Shown here piece by piece: positions 24,761 to 36,593 of a stretch of DNA of 64,000 nucleotides. The DNA comes from Dimorphilus gyrociliatus. Its lineage: Eukaryota > Animalia > Annelida. The notes under the pieces were generated by a model. That model made no database searches, had not been told where the DNA came from, and worked only from the letters and a program-made list of their open reading frames with translations. Every line of letters begins with the position of its first letter. Positions within the stretch are counted from its first letter, which is position 1. Made by a program: the position numbers and the translations under genes. The stretch spans positions 4,374,436 through 4,438,435 of the forward strand of contig CAJFCJ010000005.1 of NCBI GenBank assembly GCA_904063045.1, written 5' to 3'.

Positions 24761-25680
24761 ATGCGAAAGATAGCTACAATCCTTCTTCCACTTTTCGGTA
24801 TTTTTCATTCATTGCCCTCTTCACCTGTTTCATTAGTCCTATTTTATAGCTTACACTCTGGCCAACGATTGCATTGGTAAACCCGACGGAACTCATGTTC
24901 ACCAAGCTTGTAATTACTATGTAGAATGTCGTAATCAACAAGAAGTTCCCGTCTATTGTAATCCACCATCGGTTTATAATCATGTGAAGAGAAAATGCGA
25001 TAAGTAAGTTATATTCTGTTCATTCTATCCGGCAAATTTGTTCGGATAATAACGAGAAAATCACCGATCAGTCCTCAGAACACACCACCTCCTTGCGGAG
25101 CTGAAGAGAAGTGCGATGGTTTGCCAAACGGAAGGTATCCCCTATTGAATCTTCAATGCCAATGCTATTTTACTTGTCAAGGAGGCACAAACATTGGAAC
25201 CCAATGCTGTCCAAATAGTTAATATTTCATTCAATAATTAATCCAAAATGAATATCGTTTGTAATCCATCTTTTCCTTTGAAATTCATTTATATTAGATT
25301 TGGTTTGGGATGTATTTACCGATGTATGTAATTGGCCAAATCTAACGCCTCCACCTTGCGGAACTAAACCACCAGAGATTCCTCTTCCCACTACAGCAGC
25401 ACCCCTGCCTACTACTAACACACCAAAGCCTGCTACTACTCAGGGTGCAATTCCTCAAACAACTTCACAATTTGGCTGTCCGCCTACCAATTTTTGCCAA
25501 TCAAATCAAATATGCTGCTGGCATAAACCAACTATTTCTGGTTGTTGTAACAGCGGTTTTAAATGTTGTCCATCGATAAGAGGCGATGACCATGATTGCT
25601 GTCCAGTAAATGAAGTCGGTTGTCACGAAAATGGCAGTTCTAATTGTTATTATAATATTTTGAGAACATCTAATAAATAA
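24761..25680 (+). CDS. Chimeric secreted protein: signal peptide, 2x CBM14, Pro/Thr linker, granulin-like 12-Cys domain (exons 24761-24797, 24850-25003, 25072-25217, 25298-25680)
   Basis: MRKIATILLPLFAYTLA-NDCIGKPDG...CCPNNLVWDVFTDVCNWP...PQTTSQFGCPPTNFCQSNQICCWHKPTISGCCNSGFKCCPSIRGDDHDCCPVNEVGCHENGSSNCYYNILRTSNK*. The end of CBM14 domain 2 and the Cys domain lie in one uninterrupted exon. Confidence 0.88.
24850..25376 (+). repeat. Direct repeat, about 527 bp, partner at 26625-27151 (offset 1775)
   Basis: Near-identical exons 2-3, introns 2 and 3 (68 and 80 nt in both copies) and start of exon 4. Confidence 0.92.
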
Positions 25681-26489
25681 ATGAAGATCAAAAGGAATTT
25701 TTATTTTCAAAAAGTACCTGTCTATCTTTTACTCTGTTTTATTGAAGTATACCATTAATGGTGGTATTTGACAAACATGTTTTTACTATTTCCTATGTTT
25801 TAGCATTCATTTTTTCAAGCTAGTAACATCATTGAAATACTTGAAAGATTTAGCTGAAAACAAACAAACAAACAAACAAAGCAACATTTTTTTTTCATTC
25901 ATTCAAAACTCCATCTCAATTTAAAGAATTACTTCACTTCTCACTCCAAAGAGAGTATGAATAATTAATGGAACTAATTGAGTACATACTTCAACGCCAA
26001 AATCATACGCAAGCTCCATTTAATTAATTAAACATAAAGAAGAAGGGTATGATACATAGACAAATGGAAATTTAGTTTAAATAGGTCAACTTTCCACTTT
26101 GAACGATATCATAAATAATATATTTTAAATATGGATAGGACCGAAAAAGATCTTTTCAATAATTAAGATATAGATAATATTCATAGTAGTCACGTGCTTC
26201 AATTCTAAACTGTTTGTATTATTAGCAAACTATACTTTACAATGAATGACGTAAAAGATAAACACAAAGCACTCGTCTTTCATAGATTAAACATATCTAC
26301 ACATTGATTTTTCTTTCAATTTCGCTACCAATCAATCAATTGCAAAAAATCATTTAATATAGTTATCTTCAAGATATTTAGCGTTATCAATAAAGATAAG
26401 AGAAAAAAAAAGTTCTATTTAAGTAGAATAAGTATAGAACAAATCTCTTTGATCTTTTTGGTCATAATCCTGTTGAGAAACATTCAAAG

Positions 26490-27191
26490 ATGATCAAGAT
26501 AATTGCACTTATCTTGCCATTTTTTGGTAGATTACGATTATTATGATTTTCTTTTGTCTCTTTCAAAAATTTTCATTCTTGAAGAGTTATCGTTAAAGTC
26601 GAATATAATTTTCGTATTTCGCAGTTTACGCTTTGGCCAACGATTGCATTGGTAAACCCGACGGAACTCATATTCACCAAGCTTGTAATTACTATGTAGA
26701 ATGTCGTAATCAACAAGAAGTTCCCGTCTTTTGTAATCCACCATCGGTTTATAATCATATGAAGAGAACATGCGATAAGTAAGTTGTATTCTATTCATTC
26801 TATTCGCTAAATTTGTTCGGATAATAACGAGAAAATCACCGATCAGCCCTCAGAACACACCACCTCCTTGCGGAAATGAAGAGAAGTGCGATGATTTACC
26901 AAACGGAAGGTATCCCCTATTGAATCTTCAATGCCAATGCTATTTTACTTGTCAAGGAGGCACAAACATTGGAACCCAATGCTGTCCAAATAGTTAATAT
27001 TTCATTCAATAATTAATCCAAAATGAATATCGTTTGTAATCCATCTTTTCCTTTGAAATTCATTCATATTAGGTTTGGTTTGGGATGTATTTACCGATGT
27101 ATGTAATTGGCCAAATCTAACGCCTCCACCTTGCGGATCTAAACCACCAGAAGCTACTCCTACCCCTTCTCTAAAGGCTAATCCGGAATAG
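26490..27191 (+). CDS. Secreted 2x CBM14 protein with a short tail (exons 26490-26526, 26625-26778, 26847-26992, 27073-27191); absent from the ORF track
   Basis: MIKIIALILPFFVYALA-NDCIGKPDGTHIHQACNYYVEC...CCPNSLVWDVFTDVCNWPNLTPPPCGSKPPEATPTPSLKANPE*; same exon lengths (37/154/146) as its two paralogs. Confidence 0.87.
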
Positions 27192-29597
27192 TCGATAAAT
27201 AACGTACGTAGCAACTTTACAAATTGGATCTGTTCTTCAGCCGCTTTTTGGTTTCTACAATCTAGAACTTTGACTATATCGTCCATCGTTTAGGGTCGAA
27301 AAACGAAATTGTTGGTTTATCGTCTATATATCCAATTGGAAGTTTTTTAAATCGTTATTACAACACCTTAATACAAATATATATATAGTTTATACTGTAT
27401 AAAGTATACTGTAGAACGCAATAAATGCATTAGTTGACCGTTTAAGGAATCCATTAGGCTTTTTGGTTTCAACACTTTTTGCATTAATTATTGAATTCTT
27501 CTCTAATTATATAAAAAATATCTGAAAGAAGCTTGGTTTGTATGCGTCAGACATAAAAAAAGTGTACGTTAGTTTGTATAGTAAACGATTACCAAGAGAG
27601 AATATAGAGACGTAACGATGTTCTAAGAACGATTATCGAAATCTTAATTAAAGTAACCAAGTAGTAATTAGTTATTATTACAATATAATTCGGTAAGGTT
27701 ATGTAATCCTGCTCGATACGCACTACATCTCTTGCTTTATCTTACTGAATCTATTTCTTTCAATTATCTTATCCGAAAAAGGTTGCTCTTTTACTGATAT
27801 CATTCTGAAGACATCGTATGCAATATCATACGATTAATGAATATTTAAATTTATTCATTAGTTCTATTAATTTCTCAGCTAATCTATTAGAAGAGAATAG
27901 TTTGTAGACCTGTTGTTTGGTAGTTTGACAGTGTTTTCCTTTTCTTTGCTCAGTTTGAGTTATATCGATGCACGCTTAACAAGGAAGGTATACTTTTATT
28001 GATATTACTATAGAGACTATCCTTTTATTCTTAATAACTGGAAGAAATGGAAGAGAAGACTACGCAATGAAATATAACCTTCTATATTTCATCAATCAGG
28101 AAATTGCCTATCTAGGATTTTTAGTGGGGAGTAAGTTTTGTTGCTAGTATAATCATCTAATATTTGGTTCCTGTACGGATTGACTTTGAAATACTATCAT
28201 CACTACTTGAGGAGCAATGAAGATGAGTTTGTCCCAAAGATTAATAATATTATTCTAAAGCAAACACTATATTCCCAACTATCTAGATATTGCGCAACAA
28301 ACGTCCTATTACAATGATTTAGCGTCGCTGCCTGCTTTTTATATTGTAGTAAATGGAAAAATATAGTTAATAATTCTCTCTGTTAATGAAGAGAGAATTT
28401 CACGCTATTAATGAAAATTAGGAGGCAAACCCCGATAAAGCATTGACCCTGCGCACCTAGGTGGACCTAACTATAATCTATATATACAGTATATATTGTA
28501 TATAAATCTTTGTTTACTTTACCCTTAAACTAATTAGACCCAACCCTAACTGTTGTAACTGTTGTATCCTTACAACCGCGCGAATGTTTCTCATGAATGC
28601 ATCCTAATTAACACGTAATAATCAGGTAAGAAGAGAGTATAAATGTCATTTTAGGTAATTGTAACGATAGTAATTATTATAGTTAATTAATTAATTATCG
28701 CCAATGCACCAATCCAGATAAAATCTTTATCAATAAAACAATGCAGAGGTAAAAAATTAATGATTTTTTTTTATTTAACATTTTCACTTGACAAAAATTT
28801 TGTAATCTAATGTAAAAAACAAACAGAACAGCTCTTCTTTTTATGGAGAGAGGGAGAGAGAAGAGAGGAGGATGAGGAGGAGGAGGAGGAAAGGAAAGAG
28901 AAATAAACAGGAGAAAATATAGTCATCTTTTCTTTATGAATGAAAGCTAAAAGTGAAACGTAAGGAAAATGTAGTAATGATTGATGGATAGGTTTAAATG
29001 GGGTCAACAATCAACAACAGTAACACATTGCTGCTGAATTGCATACATTTCAATATGTATGTTATAGATGCATGTCTAATAGATATACAGTATATATTAA
29101 TACATAAATTTATACACACTGTATGTACTAATATATATTGACCGGTAAATAGGTGAGATTCCAACTATGCGTTTAATATTTAATTGTAATAATACAACAT
29201 TCATAGTTCGAGTTATTTGCATAACGCTAGTATATATATAAACACCAATATACGAATACATAAATATATGTATATATTTATAAACAACTATTATTTATTC
29301 ATAGTTTTGAAGGTTTCATAAATAAAACTGCTATTGGTCATTGCCAGTTATTTTATTTATTGATTAACAAGTTATTACTGTCTAACTTTCAATATATTCA
29401 ACAGAAATTGATTTATTTGGAAAAGCTGATAATATTCCAGTATGGTGCCAGTCTTATAAATAGATGGAAACCGGTTCCATTAATATGAATAAATCAGATA
29501 TTGAATTAGAACCAGTCTAAAATCTCTATCGTTTTAAGCCAAACATTCGATGGTACCCTAAAAAACATAAACAACTGTTATTTGGGATAAATTCGAA

Positions 29598-31726
29598 ATG
29601 GAAAATTCCGAAGGTAAGATTATTAGTTATTCTAGTATTTATTCGTTGTAGTTGCAGCAGCTGTATACGAACGCATACGTAAATATATAACAAAGTCATC
29701 TCCATCCTATATACAGTATATGTAAATTGTACTGTATATAAGGATAAACAGTATACATATATTCTCTTTACTATACCAAACACGACGGATAAAGAATGAA
29801 ATTATAAGAAGATTTACAATCTGCCGTGTTTGTACATTCTAATTTAAATAGTATAATCCGTATGTAAAGTTTATATTTATCCAGTCTATCTAGGAAACAT
29901 ACCAACTAGTTTGTATATATAGATATACAAGTATATGTAGAGAAGGAATAGACGTAAATTATTTATTGTTTTTAACTACTTACTTCTACCAAACATTTAA
30001 AAGGAAAAGATTAAGAAGAATGAGGAGCAGAACAGAGAGATGCTTGCCCTTTTTTTTTAATTAAAAATGAATAGTTCAAGTAACCTTGGAAACGATTTAA
30101 TAATTTCAATATTCGAATCCTCCTCCTCTCCTTCTTTCTATTGCTAAATTACCACCTATTTGGGGAACGGATACAAAAAACAACTACAATATAATTTACC
30201 TATCTAGATGGAGAGGGAAAGGGAAATCGATACGAAGGGAACTTTATAGACGGTGTAAAAGGAATTATTGATTCTTCATGTAAAATTGATTAATGTAATA
30301 ACGTATGTATTTGTTGACTTGACAATTCATCATTTACTAATAACATTACAACTTAGAGCGTGTATTGCGTAATAAATTTATAGAGATTTACTTATAATTA
30401 TCCAATTTTCTGTGTATTCTATCATCAAGTTCAACCGTATTCATAATATCATTTTTTTTCTTATTTTCTCTCTCTCTCTCTCTCTCTCCCTCTCTCTCGC
30501 TCTCTTTAGCAAGAAAATACGATAGTGAAGGCGATGATTCGGGATGTTGTGGAGTGAGTAGTTTATACATTCATCCATCCATTACATAATTTCTATTGTT
30601 CACAGATAATACTCAAAGTTATTTCATTGGTTTTAATCGTTATCACTTTCCCCATATCAATTTGTATGACTCTGAAAATTGTACAAGAATACGAAAGAGC
30701 TGTTATGTTCAGACTTGGAAGGGTTCTACCCGGAGCCAGAGGACCTGGGATATTTTTTATAATACCTTGCCTCGATAATTTTGTCAAGGTTGATTTACGT
30801 ACAGTCTCCTTTGATGTTCCCCCTCAAGAGATTCTCACCAAGGATTCCGTAACGGTTGCCGTAGACGCAGTTGTTTATTATAGAATATCGAATCCTATGA
30901 TATCGGTGGTAAACGTTGAAGACTGTTCCCGATCGACCCGCCTCTTATCCCAAACAACGCTGAGAAATATTTTAGGGACAAAGACCCTAAGTGATATATT
31001 ATCAGAAAGAGAAACAGTTGCCACCAATATGCAGGTAGGAGAAGGGACAGAGATAATGAAAGAAATCTCTAATTAAAATTGGAATAAATTTACTATTCCC
31101 TCTCTTCCCCTTACAGAGCGTCCTCGATGAAGGCAAGTCTTTATAAGAGGGAAACGGACCTCTCTTTTCTTGTTGTTTATATAGAATACTGTATTTGTTA
31201 AACATTAAACAAACAAACATAACGAATGTTACATTCGTTCTATAAAAATCTATATACAGCGCATAAAGTCAGAATGATTATTTACCCCATTCGCTTTTAT
31301 ATTTAGGAACCGATCCGTGGGGTGTTAAGGTTGAAAGAGTGGAAATAAAAGACGTTCGTCTACCAGTTCAGCTGCAAAGAGCTATGGCGGCGGAAGCCGA
31401 AGCAACTAGAGATGCTAGAGCTAAAGTAATTGCGGCCGAAGGTGAACAAAATGCCTCTAGAGCACTAAAAGAAGCGGCCGACGTAATAAGCGAAGCATCG
31501 GGTGCCCTTCAGCTAAGATACCTACAAACACTCACACAAATATCGGCAGAGAAGAATTCGACAATAATCTTCCCTCTGCCAATTGGTTAGTCATTTATTT
31601 CTATTCAAATATTTATAATCAAAATTCTTCTCTTGTAAGAATTTCCTCTTTTTTGGCGTCAATTTTTCAATCATTTCCTTCTCTATTCCAGAATTGATGA
31701 GTGCTTTTATCGAAAGGAAGAAATAA
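29598..31726 (+). CDS. STOM: Stomatin/band-7 (SPFH) protein, paralog 2 (exons 29598-29613, 30510-30553, 30606-31034, 31117-31132, 31307-31585, 31692-31726)
   Basis: Exon 1 ATGGAAAATTCCGAAG|GT mirrors ATGGATAATTCGAAAG|GT of paralog 1. Exon lengths 16, 429, 16 and 279 are identical between the paralogs. The exon 4 donor is GC (GAAG|GCAAGT). Ends [11 protein letters not shown]. Confidence 0.92.
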
Positions 31727-32862
31727 AGCATCGAAATTACTACGATTATATATATATTTTAACTTTCAATTGTCGAGAATCTCTATACGAAAACAAGAGT
31801 ACATACTAACTACATACTGTATACAGTGGTGTGCGAATGTATGTATGGTATGTATCTATCTGTATGTACCTGTATACTTTTTCTATTTAAGGCCTATATA
31901 TATATAAATATGTACTGTTGTTTCTTTTTTCCTTTTTTGTTATTCTAGTATTAAATGTACTTTTTTGTTGGTTTTTTTCCTTTTGTTGTTTTTGAGATCT
32001 CTGCATTTTGAACAATGTTGAATAGTTTGTTTTTCTTTTTTTCCTCCATTTCTTTAGTTAGTTATGTAAGGGAAAAGAATTAAAACATCTTTCAACATTT
32101 GTCCTATAAATAACATACTCTTTTCAAATTTTCAACCATATATGTATATACATAAATATATTAACTTCTACAGTATATACATCTATTGTTGACATTTCTA
32201 TAAATGTACTATGAATGTATAAGGAAAACAGTTTAGTGTTTGGGAATTTCATCAAAATTTTTGATAATAAACTGCCATCGCTATAATTGAATTAATTATT
32301 TCTTACGCAACTTATACTAGACATTCGTCAGGCCCTTTTATCTTGAATTAAATTAAATGAGGAAAGGTTAGAAGGATATAGAAGGAGGGAGGGAGGGATG
32401 AAGATTACAGGTAAGCAGGTTTTCTCCTTCTTTTTACCTCCACCGTAAACATTTTCTCATTGTTTTTCTCCCTTTGCAATTATATAATTATTAATTCATT
32501 GAAAGTAGTCCAACAATTTTATCACGTTTAGAATAATCAATATCCTCTACCGCTGTCTCTAAGATACTATAGACCTATTATTTATAAATAGGCTTATTTT
32601 TAAAACGTTTATAGCATCACTTGGAAATGAAAGGAAAAAGAGAAATCTCTCATCAGGCGAGGTTTCTACTAAATCTATTTATAAAATATAAAATCTATAT
32701 AACCCCAATACGGTTGTAAAGTATAATAGTACTATCATTTTCTTGATTAACTTTTAATTATCATAACAATATCGATATATGGAAAAAGCTTAATTTTGAT
32801 GGTGGAAAATAGGCAGGAAAAATTCTCATACCATATGTCTATCGCCAGCCTTTTCAACTTGT

Positions 32863-32878
32863 TAACCCTAACCCTAAC
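32863..32878. repeat. Short interstitial telomere-like repeat (TAACCC)2TAAC
   Basis: Read directly. Confidence 0.6.
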
Positions 32879-35800
32879 TCTTAGCATAACCTTTACTTAA
32901 CATTAATTCATACTTTACTTACGAAAGTATGCTCTTCAATAGACTAGAACGATTCTTTAATGGATTTTGATTTCTTTTCTTCCAAAACTACTTATACGGA
33001 AGGAGAAATCATGAGTAGTTGTTGAAAATGTAAATATACAATATACTGTATATGTATTGAATGCGTAATTATGATTTTTCAACATTTTATAAACATTTCT
33101 CATTTCATGACCAAGACATTCAGTAATCTCTTTTAATTCTTCTTTTCTTCTTCTTCTTCTTCTTCTGATTCTTCCTGATCAGCCGTTAGGCCAATTTTAG
33201 TCTGAAAGGTTTTATTCTAGACTAATGACGTATGATAATATAGAAAGGTTACGATTGCCGCCTGACTAGAATGGAATTATGGAAATATGTTCAAAGAAAA
33301 TCTAACCCTGGAACAAACTCAATGTCTTATTATTCAGTATTTCTGGTAAAATATCTAATGGATTAGTGATTTTAGGCTCTGTTTAAGAATTTCCAAGTAC
33401 AAAACTAAAATTTTTTTCTTATTGTTAGCCAAGGGCATAAATTCATGAATATTTATGAGATATTAAAGATTACAAGGAACAAGGCAGAAAAAGGTCAATA
33501 TCGTAGTTTGCGCTCATCTCGTCTGCTCTTCCCTAATTACGTCTCAAAATCGCATAGCTAACCGTGACCTCCAACTATACGTTCCAGACGAATAATTCAA
33601 CCTTTCCCAGCTGTAATTCGGCACGTATTGCAAGTTTAGTATTGAAAGTATAGCTCTTACATAATGAATTATATTTAACAATATCCGCATATTGCTGATT
33701 TAATTGAAAAAAGATCAACTATCTAACAATACACATGAAATATATAGATATACAGTTTATTAAGAATATTCTGTGAATTCTTCTCTTAGCCGCTGTTGCG
33801 AAAGAAATTAAACGTTGATCGACTTCATAATGTATGATGAAAATATATATTGAGCAGCATACAATACCAATGTACAGCCTAACCAATCAGCTACATTCCC
33901 ATTTTCATATCTGCAAATAGAACAAGAGTATAGAACGTAGAGAGAACAATGATTAATTTCATTTCTGATGATTATCCTACTAACTTTGTATCGTAATTTG
34001 TAGAACAGAAATGCAGTTTTCCATCCGGACTAGTCCGAAGTTTTACATGAAAATACAAGTGCCAAATGAAATTAATCCAAAATGAGATGAAAACTCCATA
34101 ATAGATAATGGAATATAATTTCTGTTGAATTGTTGCTTGATATTTGAATAGGGCGAAGAGAAAATCTAGGCTTAGAATTAAAAACGATGTACACAGCGGT
34201 AAAACTGCTATCAGGTTCTATCCAGGTAGCCTATTCGTATATATAATAACGATTATAGAATTTTAATACAATTTTTACAATAATAGATTAACTATTACTT
34301 ACAAACTATCAAAGATGGTCGTCAAGCAAACCTTATGACGAAAATCACTGGAATTGTATTCTTTCTTTATAGTTTATTGTTAATAGAAGGAAAAATATTA
34401 AAAGTCCACAAGAAATGTTACAAATTGCAATAAAACAAATTTCAAAATTGATTAAATTCTCTATGATTTTCTTTTGACAAATTTCTCTTAGTTTCTTCAT
34501 GTTTAACGGAGAAATAAGCCCTATATATTCCGACATTTAGCCTATTCAATTCTTAAATAGAATAATCCGAATATATGTCATGTAAATGAGCTGTGTTGGC
34601 AGAGTATAGAAATACGCGTTATTTTTCGAATATAAACAGATATTGGAAATTAGACAGATTGATGGAAACTTTTTAAAAATCGTCTCTATTAATAACAGTT
34701 TATCGATTATTGAAAACGTAAAGAATATTGAGAAAATGGAATATAACGAAGAGGAATTTTGCTTAATAACTACACTTCATAAGTTGTAAGTAGTAAACAA
34801 TTAATATCGAATTAATACGATTACGATATGTCTAATAATCATTACAAAGAAATAATCCTCTCAACTATAAACTGTTACTTATGACGGCAGTCTTTGCATT
34901 AAATCTAATGATGAGTATTCAAACTATCCTCTTACACAACACTCGGCTACTGTCTACTTATCGTAAACTAATTGCAACTGGACAATATATAGCCATCGTT
35001 CAAATTGGAATTCTCCTCTCCTTTTATATAATCTTTATAAATTGCGTAATTGATGAATCACTTGGAAAGTTGAAATTTTGTCCAAGAAATCAAGTAAAGA
35101 AAATGTAGGCTGACAGAAATTTAATATATTCTAATTAAACTGCTTGTTTCGTTTTATTTTTCTTTTATACGCTTGGAGTAGTAGAGGATTTTAAAGATGT
35201 ATTGCAATGTTTATTCGCCGTCTGCCTAGTAGCTGCCATTTTAGTTTTACATTTTTACTCTACACTGGAAAGGATGAGTAGAAAGCCATGCTCCACTACT
35301 TTTGCCACCAATGTGGTTTAAGCCGACATCAGAATAAGGCAATTTCACATTTTTATCAACAATACATATAAATACATAAACAGTAATATCTATCTTTGTG
35401 AAACAATGTCGAAACAATGTCAAAAACCGCGATAAGAAAAAAACATTTTTTCTTATCTTATCTCACTTTTTCTTGAACAATTCATTTTCATTTGTTTTAA
35501 AGAGACTATGAAGACAAACAACGTGATTTTAATTAATCCATTCATAGATTTTCAATTTAGGAAACTTTATATTTTACATCATTAATAGTTCTATGCTTTA
35601 TGATATTCCATTCAAATAGGATTGTTAACTTTAACAATTTCATAATCATATATGTGCAAGTTCATTTCATACACTCTCAACAGTAAATAGTCAATTATTT
35701 TCCATTCTAATATATGTATTTATTAAATACATTTGACATTCTTATTCAGAATTCGTGAATTAACAGATGGTTTTAACATAAAGATAATCTGATACTCCTC

Positions 35801-35929
35801 ATTCACATTGGATTCTTAAATACATAGCTCTACTATTGTTATTTCAGTGAAATGGTGTGATAAGACTGGATACATATAATGGGAAAATACAGATGGGAAA
35901 AGCTAATAGACATTTGCTTCATTTCTTTC

Positions 35930-36593
35930 CAAAAAGAATAAAGTAGATGGATGGAGAGAATGTGTAAATGTTATTAATAGTGGAAATTTGATCAGTCAAA
36001 GTTAAAACAACATAAAGATAAAGCGAAATCTATTATCTGCCATTTCCCATTGAAATTTCAGTATTATAAAAGGAACGGGTTGAATGAACTAATTATCCAT
36101 TTCTGACTCTTTAGTAGCAGTGTACAAGGAACTACAAATCAAACCAAAAATGAAATTGTTGATTGCTCTCGCCGCTCTCGTTGCTGTCGCTTATTGCAGT
36201 AAGTAGTCTCTCTCCCTCTCTCTCTCCCTCTCTCTTACAAACTCTTTGCCTTTTGCAGCCACCACTCTTCCAACCACAACCAGAGCATGGGGATGTCCCG
36301 CCGACAACTTTTGCCAACCAGGCAGTCAGATTTGCTGCTGGCACGAGCCAACCGTTTCTGGTTGTTGCAACACCGGATTCAAATGCTGTCCATCAATCAG
36401 AGGAGATGAACACGACTGTTGTCCAGTTGACGAGACTGCTTGCCACGAAAATGGTTCCTCCAACTGCTACTACAACATCTTGAAACACGCTTAAACTGCT
36501 CTTTCAATTTCAATAAATTTCATTTAAAAATCAATCTCTCTCTTATTTATTATCCACTTTTCAATCATCTTTCTTTTCTACATAGTTCTCTTT
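35930..36593. repeat. Inverted repeat, arm 2 (664 bp; partner at 11004-11671)
   Basis: See arm 1. Confidence 0.95.
36150..36494 (+). CDS. Small secreted granulin-like protein, copy A' (exons 36150-36198, 36259-36494)
   Basis: Same protein as copy A except CCNTG instead of CCNAG; intact splice sites. Confidence 0.85.

Noticed and set aside
24774-27286. Paired minus-strand ORFs (MIINRWWIT..., ...GGVRFGQLHTSV...)
   Set aside because: Antisense shadows of the duplicated CBM14 exons.
27300-29500. Possible transposon or coding fragments (e.g. YYYRDYPFILNNWKKW..., HYLRSNEDEFVPK...)
   Set aside because: Short, stop-bounded, no recognisable transposase or reverse transcriptase motif, and no terminal repeats found.
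30067-30079. Alternative exon 1 for stomatin paralog 2 (MNSS|)
   Set aside because: Phase-compatible, but 29598-29613 matches paralog 1 exon 1 in length and sequence and is preferred.
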